Part shown: piece after piece, positions 43,893 through 51,172 of the stretch
How the letters are laid out: the number at the start of each line of letters is the position of its first letter
Position numbering within the stretch: position 1 is the stretch's first letter
Sequence record: SRR31156797_5459
Reading direction: 5' to 3' (one strand)
Length of the DNA: 51,172 nt
Notes under the pieces: model-generated
Databases searched by the model: none
The model's input: the letters and a program-made list of their open reading frames with translations, nothing else
Told to the model about the DNA's origin: nothing
Translations under genes and position numbers: made by a program

Positions 43893-44870
43893 TTATTTTT
43901 TGTTAAGGAAGCCAAGCTCTGTCATCAAAGAGCCCATTTGTTTCTCTTGCTCTTCTAAGAAAGAGTAAAATTCTTGGTTTGGCTTGTAGTTATCAATCCA
44001 ACCATTACGGTCGCGTACCACTGCCCATTCGTCAGTCGCGTACATTTTCGTTAGAGCTTTAGTCCACTCGCTAACTTTCTCTTCACTAGCGCCTGGTGCT
44101 GCAAAGAAACCACGCCAGTTAGCAAAGACAGTTTCATTTCCATATTCACTTAACGTTGGGATATTGGGTGCAGCCTCAAGACGCTTAGGCGCTGTGATAG
44201 CCAGTACTTTTACTTGACCGGATTTGGACATTTCAAGCACTTCGCCTAACCCAGTAGATAGCAGTCCGGTCTCACCTGATAGCAGCGCAGCCATCGCTTT
44301 ACCGCCGGCATCATAGGCAATATAACGAACTTGTTTAGGGTCAAAACCTTCGCCTTTGAATGCCGCAGCGACCACAAGGTGGTCCATACTACCGCGTGCT
44401 GAACCACCGGCAATTTTCACACTTCTTGGATCTTTCTTAAAATCAGCAACGGCATCTTGCCAAGTGTTGTAAGGAGAATCCGCTGAAGCAACGATAGCTC
44501 CGTAGTCAGCAATCGTTGCGGCTACTGGAGTAAGGTCACGGAATGATTGAGGGAAAATTCCGGAAAGAGAGCGAACAACAATAGGGGTGGAATTGACCAT
44601 CAGTGTATCTTCCTGACGTTCAGCGGTTTCAATCAGGTGTGCAATCGCTTTACCGCCGCCTCCACCAGAGAGGTTCTGGAAGGAAACATTATCGACGATA
44701 CCGGATTTAACTAAAACATCACCAGTACCACGAGCTGTCATATCCCAGCCGCCTCCAGCACCACCAGGGATTAAAAAGTGAATTTTTTCAACATCAGCAG
44801 CGTAGCTACTTAGTGAAAAGAATGTAGCAAGAATTGATACAGCGGCAGTAGATTTCAGAGCTTTATACAT
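43893..44870 (-). CDS. tctC: Tripartite tricarboxylate transporter substrate-binding protein TctC
   Basis: Signal peptide; GAGGGWDMTAR, NLSGGGG and NWRGFFAAPG motifs. Confidence 0.94.
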   Translation of the reverse strand: MYKALKSTAAVSILATFFSLSSYAADVEKIHFLIPGGAGGGWDMTARGTGDVLVKSGIVDNVSFQNLSGGGGGKAIAHLIETAERQEDTLMVNSTPIVVRSLSGIFPQSFRDLTPVAATIADYGAIVASADSPYNTWQDAVADFKKDPRSVKIAGGSARGSMDHLVVAAAFKGEGFDPKQVRYIAYDAGGKAMAALLSGETGLLSTGLGEVLEMSKSGQVKVLAITAPKRLEAAPNIPTLSEYGNETVFANWRGFFAAPGASEEKVSEWTKALTKMYATDEWAVVRDRNGWIDNYKPNQEFYSFLEEQEKQMGSLMTELGFLNKK

Positions 44871-45138
44871 GCTTCACGTTCCTTATGTCGGTTTCTTATA
44901 GTTGTTGAGCAGAGTTCAGATCAATGTACGAACGGTTAAATGTTATTTTTGTGTTAACAAATACACAACAAAGAGGAAATATTGGCATTAATGAGCATTA
45001 AGTGAGTTTTGTTCATAAAGTTTATGGGGGGATGAGAGGGGACTTGTATCATGATTTTTAATGCATTTTTCAAACTTTCTCGCGATCAATAATAACCCGG
45101 ATTATGATGCATAGAGATAAAGCTTATAGTGTACGGTT

Positions 45139-46836
45139 ATGTCATCGACGATCGATTTTTACAATAACAATGCTCAACAACTCTGTAGTCAGTACGATTC
45201 GTTACTGTTTGAGCAAGTTCATCATTCCTGGAAAACATTTTGGCCGATATCTGGAGATAAGGTGCTTGATGTAGGAGCTGGATCAGGACGGGATGCAAAG
45301 TGGTTTGAAGTACAAGGTTGTGAGGTCTTTGCGTTAGAGCCTAGCGATGACATGCGTTCACGGGGCTCTTCATGTACAGGAGTTAATGTGTCATGGCTCG
45401 ATGATTCATTACCTGCGCTTTCAAAAACAGAAAACCTTGGTATTCAGTTTGACCTCATTCTAGTTAGCGCCGTATGGATGCATTTAGCCCCATCTTATCG
45501 AGATCGAGCTTTCCGTAAACTTTCTAACCTTTTGGCTCCTCATGGAAAGTTAGTTATTTCGTTGCGTCATGGTGATTTTAATGACGAGAGGACAAGCTAT
45601 GGGGTATCTGTCGAGGAGCTGGAGCAATTATCAAAAAACAGTGTACTTCATCTTACTCATGTCGCAGGTAGCGATGATTCTTTAAAGCGTGAGTCTGTCT
45701 GGTGGCAAACGGTGGTAATGACGTTGCCTGATGATGGTTCTGGAGACTTGAAGAAGATTCGTCATATCATCGTTAATGACAGTAAATCAGCGACTTATAA
45801 ACTGGCTTTGCTACGTACCTTATTACGAGTAGCTGACGCACATTCAGGTGCCGTGATAGACAGAAGTGACGGTAAGGTTGTCATTCCTCTTGGGTTGGTT
45901 GCGTTGTACTGGATTCGCCAGTTCAAGCGATTAATTGATAAAGAAGATATTCAGCAAAACTCGAACTCTTCTATTGGCTTGGGATTTATCAAGCCAAGTG
46001 GTTGGGAAAAGCTAAAAGAGTTTGAATTGGGGGCTGATGATTTAGCCATAGGTGGCATGTTCTTTGGTGCACAAGCTAAAGCGCTAGATAAAACTATAAG
46101 AGACAGTTTATCTACCATCAAAGATGGCCCTGTTAAGTTTACCTACGAACGCAGTATTGATAATCCTTACTTTACGATGGAAAGAGAAAGAGCCAAACAT
46201 GGTGATTCTATCGTTATCGATAGTCAATTTTTACAAAGCTACGGCAAGTTTGTACTAGACGAGAGTTTATGGGATTGCTTTCGCTTATATCACTCATGGA
46301 TTGAACCACTGGTGGTTAACCAGTGGATAAAGGAAATGCAGCGTTTCCAAAGAAATAAAGACAGAAATATCTCACTTCAAACTTATCACGATTGTTTAGT
46401 ATGGATAGACAAAGAGCACGACACTCGAGATGTCCGCAAGCGCGTTGAGCACTTACGTAAACAGGGTATAGATATTCATAGTGTATGGAGTGGAAATAAG
46501 CTAAAGCATGAGTTTCATGTCGATCATTGCTTGCCGTTTGCCTATTGGCCGAATAATGACAAGTGGAACTTGTTACCAACAACCACTAATGAGAATTTGA
46601 ATAAAAGTGATAAAGTCCCAACAGCTCATCGATTGTCTGACTCGAGACAGCGCGTTCTTGATTGGTGGCAATTAGCTTGGGATAGCGAACCAGCATTGAG
46701 ATCGGGCTTTTTCTCTGAAGCGTCTCTTTCATTACCTACGTTACCTATTCAGTGCTCAGACTTTGAAGAAGTGTTTGAAGCTATGGGGTTACAGGTTAAA
46801 GGGGTTAAAAGCCGGTTGTTGATAGCAGAATGGTGA
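45139..46836 (+). CDS. Class I SAM-dependent methyltransferase fused to an HNH endonuclease domain
   Basis: SAM motif I VLDVGAGSGRD (aa 42-52), FDLILVSAVWMHL, central KSATYKLALLRTL (from aa 216) and C-terminal VDH..PF....N...WNL........N..KSDK (D462/H463, N477, N486). Confidence 0.88.
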   Translation: MSSTIDFYNNNAQQLCSQYDSLLFEQVHHSWKTFWPISGDKVLDVGAGSGRDAKWFEVQGCEVFALEPSDDMRSRGSSCTGVNVSWLDDSLPALSKTENLGIQFDLILVSAVWMHLAPSYRDRAFRKLSNLLAPHGKLVISLRHGDFNDERTSYGVSVEELEQLSKNSVLHLTHVAGSDDSLKRESVWWQTVVMTLPDDGSGDLKKIRHIIVNDSKSATYKLALLRTLLRVADAHSGAVIDRSDGKVVIPLGLVALYWIRQFKRLIDKEDIQQNSNSSIGLGFIKPSGWEKLKEFELGADDLAIGGMFFGAQAKALDKTIRDSLSTIKDGPVKFTYERSIDNPYFTMERERAKHGDSIVIDSQFLQSYGKFVLDESLWDCFRLYHSWIEPLVVNQWIKEMQRFQRNKDRNISLQTYHDCLVWIDKEHDTRDVRKRVEHLRKQGIDIHSVWSGNKLKHEFHVDHCLPFAYWPNNDKWNLLPTTTNENLNKSDKVPTAHRLSDSRQRVLDWWQLAWDSEPALRSGFFSEASLSLPTLPIQCSDFEEVFEAMGLQVKGVKSRLLIAEW

Positions 46837-46911
46837 CACAGTGAAGGAATAATGGTTAAGAAGCATACTGATGAGTGGGTGAAGACTAAATCAGTATACT
46901 TCTAAGTCGGT

Positions 46912-47961
46912 TTAAGCTGCTGTGGGTTTTTGCATATCAACTCGGTTTCTACCTGCAGACTTTGCCAGATAGAGTGCCTGATCGGAACGTTGAAGCAGGG
47001 CAGTTGGATCATAATCGTAATGATCAATATGAGTGATACCTATACTGACAGTGGTCGGTATTTGTGATGCTTCATATTTGAGTGAAGCATTCGCGATAAT
47101 ATCCTTAATAGCATGAAATAACTTAACAACGGCTTGCTCATGTTTGTTCGTTACAATAATCGCAAACTCTTCTCCGCCAATACGGTATATGTTTCCATCT
47201 TCATCAAGCATAGAGTCAGCAATAGTTACAATTTTCTGCAAGATATAATCACCCGTATTGTGCCCGTAGTTATCATTGATCACTTTAAAATGATCAATAT
47301 CCAATAAGCCCAAATAGAACATTTTTCCTTCGGTATGAAATTGTCTGATGAGTCGCTGAATATGTTGTGTGAATGCCCGACGATTGGCTATCCCAGTTAA
47401 ATGATCAACTAGAGCTAATTTATTTAACTCAGTGACCTGTAGCCGAAGCTGAATATTCAGTGCTATCCAGTTTGCAAGGCATTGTAGTTTAAGAGCGGTT
47501 TGTTCTGTGTAGTAATGCGTTTGGTCGTGGGCGACATTTAATGTTCCAAAGCAGGTATCACCGGAAATAAGTGGCGCGTCCATGCAGGTTTTTAAGCCCG
47601 ACTTGGCTAACATTACACAGTCTTGCTCATCTGAGAGTGATAAATCATCACAAATAATGAGTTGCTTTTGCGAATAGGCCCGACCGACAAAAGTTGAATC
47701 AATAGGGATACTGTATTCGATAGGTATCGCTTTATTTCCGCAGATAGAGTAGAGCCTTAAAAACTCAGAGCCATCCTGTAATGTGATACTGGCTCTTTCT
47801 GCGTCAAACAGTTTGTATATCCATTTTGATACTGTGTCTAAAACACTTTGTAGAGAGGGTGCAGTTGATAGTTCTTGTAGAAACTCTAAAGGCAGAGCAA
47901 GTTGTATTTCACTTTCTTTGCTTGATAACTCAAAAGGGTCAAATCTTCTTTCTTCAGGCAT
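46912..47961 (-). CDS. GAF-GGDEF diguanylate cyclase
   Basis: GAF domain (CMDAPL...FGTLNV), DHLTGIANRR, DIDHFKVINDNYGHNTGD, RIGGEEF and SDQALYLAKSAGRN. Confidence 0.93.
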   Translation of the reverse strand: MPEERRFDPFELSSKESEIQLALPLEFLQELSTAPSLQSVLDTVSKWIYKLFDAERASITLQDGSEFLRLYSICGNKAIPIEYSIPIDSTFVGRAYSQKQLIICDDLSLSDEQDCVMLAKSGLKTCMDAPLISGDTCFGTLNVAHDQTHYYTEQTALKLQCLANWIALNIQLRLQVTELNKLALVDHLTGIANRRAFTQHIQRLIRQFHTEGKMFYLGLLDIDHFKVINDNYGHNTGDYILQKIVTIADSMLDEDGNIYRIGGEEFAIIVTNKHEQAVVKLFHAIKDIIANASLKYEASQIPTTVSIGITHIDHYDYDPTALLQRSDQALYLAKSAGRNRVDMQKPTAA

Positions 47962-48484
47962 ACATCACCCCTTACAACTTATAGTTTTTATTAATATATG
48001 CCGTCAGTTTTATTCGGGCATGTTATGAACATTAAGTAAATTTTTCTTGAGTGCAAGTTTTATAATTTTAGCTGAAGCCAATGATAGCCAGCTATGACGC
48101 ATTAAAATAACCCACGACTTATCAATAAGATAAATCTGGGAGTTCGGCTTTAATGGCTATCGAGTTACCACTTTAGTGGTAATTTGTGGGCGCTAAAAAC
48201 TGTGACAAGAAATAATCAAAAGTTAATATGTCTTAAATATGAAACGGAGGGGGAGAGTGGTATCAATTGAGTTTATGATTGCATCAAGGTGGATGAGATT
48301 AGAATAGTTATTAAGGTATTGCTCTTTAATCGTCTTTCATTCAGGAAGAAGAGTTACACTCTTACTTTTCCTAACAAAGCGCGCCGCCATCTCATACTTT
48401 TCTGTTCAAATAGTTCATGATATTGGTCCTTTCGATGAGTAACTGACTATTTGAACATGGCTTATATTGAGCTAGCAAAACACG

Positions 48485-48880
48485 TTATGTGAACGCTTTC
48501 GTCTTTCTAAAGGCTAAGACGAGTAAAGCCGCAATCGCAATTTCTACAGTTAGCGCTGCCAAGATAGCTCCAGACGGCATACCATCGGCAAATATCCCTA
48601 TCACTCTACCCACAGGAAAAGCGAAAAAAACGATTTTTGCGACAGCAATTGAGGTCTTAGATAAGGGATGATAAAAGAGGCCGGCTAGCATTACTGCTCC
48701 CAATAAAGCGAGATTTGTCCCTAGTCCTCGTAGCTCACTGAGTAGGTTTGGGGCCTCAGCGAGCGTAATGCCATAGCTTAAGTAAAAAGTATGTGGCTCT
48801 AATGCAATAAACCCGCCGATAGTAAAGGCGGTAACCCCAGCTATCCCTAAAACAATACGCTCAAACATAGATACAATCAT
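48485..48880 (-). CDS. Small membrane protein, DUF4345-like
   Basis: Four hydrophobic segments; LLSELRG and GRVIGIFADGMP motifs; SD AAGGAG precedes the ATG at 48880. Confidence 0.7.
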   Translation of the reverse strand: MIVSMFERIVLGIAGVTAFTIGGFIALEPHTFYLSYGITLAEAPNLLSELRGLGTNLALLGAVMLAGLFYHPLSKTSIAVAKIVFFAFPVGRVIGIFADGMPSGAILAALTVEIAIAALLVLAFRKTKAFT

Positions 48881-49031
48881 TGTGCTTTCTCCTTCTAGAT
48901 TCAATGACATCATTGGATTAACTGACTAGAGCCACAAATTGCAGCAGATAGTGAACGTTGTTTATTAGACCTAATTAAGCGATGATTTAATTGATAGAAA
49001 GTCGCTGAACGTTTGCAGGAAGTACATATTC

Positions 49032-50000
49032 ATGGACGATAAAAGAACACAAGCAATGGCGAAGTTTGAACAAAGCAGGCATCAGCATGAGGCAGTCGGC
49101 TCTCCGCTCAGTCAGCTTAAAATGAGTAGCGTTTTTTATACTTACTCGACAATGAAGCAACCTTGGGGGGTGAAGATCCCTTCTATTCCATCCAGCACTA
49201 TGTTTCACTTAGTTCTAGAAGGAGAAGCGTTCGTTTCAGCGTATGGGTCGCGCGTGAAACTGGGGCCTGGTGACTTTATTTTGCTACCACGAGGTACTGG
49301 CCATGACATCGTTGACGTCCATAACACACCAGCCAATGACCTGTTTGACAATAATATCGAAAAGATCACCGAACACTATGAGCGTTTAACTACGACTGGT
49401 GAAGGTGCGTTGACGACGACTCTGTGTGGCACGGTACTGTTTGATAACGAGGTTACGACGTCCATCATTCAATCAATGCCGGATTATATCTTGGTGCCGT
49501 CACAATCCCCTGCACACCAAACTATCGAAAGTGTGGTGCAATCTATACATAGAGAAACCGAAAATGAGGATTATGGCGCAGGACTTATTGTCTCGAAGTT
49601 GGCGGATGTATTAATTCTTCAGTGTATCCGTACTTGGATTAATGAGCTATCTGATGAACATCAGAGTTGGCTACTGGCACATACTGATAAACGTCTTTCT
49701 CGTGCGATGAAAAAAATACATGGAGACCCCTCTGCGCATATCGATATTGAGTCTTTAGCTGAGTTATCTGGTATGTCTCGTACGAGCTTCATTGATTATT
49801 TTAAGAAAATCGTGGGTCAGACACCTAAGAAGTACATTACACATTGGCGCTTATCGTTAGCGCGAGAGCGGTTGTTGCATGGCAATGAGCATGTTCTCAA
49901 TATTGCACTTGATGTCGGCTATCAATCTGAAGCCGCGTTCAGTCGTGCATACAAGAGTAAGTATGGAGTGTCACCATCTTATACTAAGAAATCCGGGTAA
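49032..50000 (+). CDS. AraC-family regulator with N-terminal cupin domain (RclR-like)
   Basis: FHLVLEG...GDFILLPRG..H, LAELSGMSRTSF and VGYQSEAAFSRAYK motifs. Confidence 0.93.
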   Translation: MDDKRTQAMAKFEQSRHQHEAVGSPLSQLKMSSVFYTYSTMKQPWGVKIPSIPSSTMFHLVLEGEAFVSAYGSRVKLGPGDFILLPRGTGHDIVDVHNTPANDLFDNNIEKITEHYERLTTTGEGALTTTLCGTVLFDNEVTTSIIQSMPDYILVPSQSPAHQTIESVVQSIHRETENEDYGAGLIVSKLADVLILQCIRTWINELSDEHQSWLLAHTDKRLSRAMKKIHGDPSAHIDIESLAELSGMSRTSFIDYFKKIVGQTPKKYITHWRLSLARERLLHGNEHVLNIALDVGYQSEAAFSRAYKSKYGVSPSYTKKSG

Positions 50001-50093
50001 CACCGTTTACCGTTTTATAGCGGGAATGGCGGGCAACCCGATGCAAGCTCGGGTGGCCCAATTGTCATGGTTGAATCAACGGGCATGAATGCT

Positions 50094-50921
50094 CTATCCC
50101 CAGTAACCTCCTTCAATGGTTTTGGTGACATAGTCTGAGAACTTTGTCGGTTTGTTGCCTGTGGCTTCCTCGACACCATGCGCAAGATTTGAGTTACGTC
50201 CGTCAAAGACAACAGTGAAGAGCTCATTAAGGAGCCATTGGTAATCTTCTGGTACGTTTTGCTCTTTGAGGATGTTTAAATAGTCATTGATACTGACCGA
50301 GGTAAATTTAATCTCTTTGTTTAGCTGCTTGGAAATCTCATCAACGCAGTCCTGAAAGGTCAGCAACTCAGGGCCTGTCACCTCATACAAGCGGTTTCGC
50401 TTGCTTGGGTCAACCAGAGCGGCCACCGCTACCTCTGCAATGTCATCAGTGTCAATGAAGGGCTCAGGTATGTTTCCAGCAGGTAATATTAAGTGGCCGT
50501 TCAAGATGCCTTCTGCCATAAAGCTTTCGCTAAAGTTTTGTGCAAACCAAGAAGCGCGAACCAGATTCCATTCAAGGCCACTGTTGATAAGAACTTGCTC
50601 TGCTCTTTCTGCTCCGTCTTCACCTCGCCCAGAAAGCAGGACAATATGCTCCACTCCTTCGGCTTTTGCCACTTCGATAAACGCACGGATATCACTCTCT
50701 GCATTGGGTACGGCAAGATCGGGCTGATAAGTCACGTACGCTGACTTTGCGCCTTTTAACGCGGTAGGCCAAGTTTTTCGATTTTCCCAGTCAAAGCAGA
50801 TCGAGGTGCTGCGGGAGACTGGGCGAGTCTCAAAGCCAAGTTCAATGAGTCGCTTGTTGACGCGAACACCGGTTTTGGCATTTTTACCGATGATGACAAT
50901 GGGGTTTGACGGATTGTTCAT
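50094..50921 (-). CDS. NmrA-like NAD(P)-binding protein (atypical SDR)
   Basis: Degenerate Rossmann IGKNAKTG, FDWE, VLLSGRGE, RASWFAQNFSE, DIAEVA and YEVTGP motifs. Confidence 0.88.
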   Translation of the reverse strand: MNNPSNPIVIIGKNAKTGVRVNKRLIELGFETRPVSRSTSICFDWENRKTWPTALKGAKSAYVTYQPDLAVPNAESDIRAFIEVAKAEGVEHIVLLSGRGEDGAERAEQVLINSGLEWNLVRASWFAQNFSESFMAEGILNGHLILPAGNIPEPFIDTDDIAEVAVAALVDPSKRNRLYEVTGPELLTFQDCVDEISKQLNKEIKFTSVSINDYLNILKEQNVPEDYQWLLNELFTVVFDGRNSNLAHGVEEATGNKPTKFSDYVTKTIEGGYWG

Positions 50922-51172
50922 GATAGCTCTCCTAGTGGGATTATGACGTGTTGATTACGTGGTGCTAATCATGTCCTGAGAGAGCCTTTAACGGAATGAC
51001 ATCAAATTCGTATTTGTTTGCATAAAGTTCAAAATTGATGAAAGGCGACATACTTACCTCGGAGGAGTATGCCTAGAGATGTTTGAATCAGCACCAAAAT
51101 GCGGCTGAAAACTGTCAAGGATACAGGGGGAAGTACATTGTATAACTAAAAGGTGTCTATCAAGTCGGTGGC

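Noticed and set aside
46480-46620. Cas9/IscB or CRISPR-associated nuclease suggested by the HNH motif
   Set aside because: There are no RuvC motifs, no bridge helix, no cas genes and no repeat-spacer array in the window.

Overview
This is a Vibrio (Vibrionaceae) chromosome I segment; I cannot assign the species from sequence alone. Bases 1-33,000 are mostly conserved core genes: queA-tgt-yajC-secD-secF, suhB, trmJ, iscRSUA-hscBA-fdx-iscX, pepB, ndk, rlmN, rodZ-ispG-hisS-yfgM-bamB-der, yfgJ, xseA and guaBA. Three likely single-gene additions sit among them: an isochorismatase-family hydrolase, an AlaX-like editing protein and a Cache/GGDEF-degenerate/EAL phosphodiesterase. Bases 33,000-51,172 are more accessory: satP, a BASS symporter, a LysR/dadA/AGCS D-amino-acid cluster, a CitAB-type two-component system with tctCBA, a methyltransferase-HNH fusion, a GAF-GGDEF cyclase and a DUF4345-like/AraC/NmrA module. 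I saw no rRNA, full tRNA, integrase, transposase or CRISPR array. The two best leads are (1) a tRNA-mimic half-molecule (D-arm plus anticodon arm with a GUU anticodon and the U33-G34-U35 TGT recognition motif) directly upstream of the tgt ribosome-binding site, which suggests TGT autoregulation, and (2) a stand-alone SAM-methyltransferase-HNH nuclease fusion lacking DNA-methyltransferase catalytic motifs, a candidate single-gene defence system. Structured leaders upstream of der and guaB, an intra-operon PurR box and two copies of an ERIC-like palindrome are also noted.
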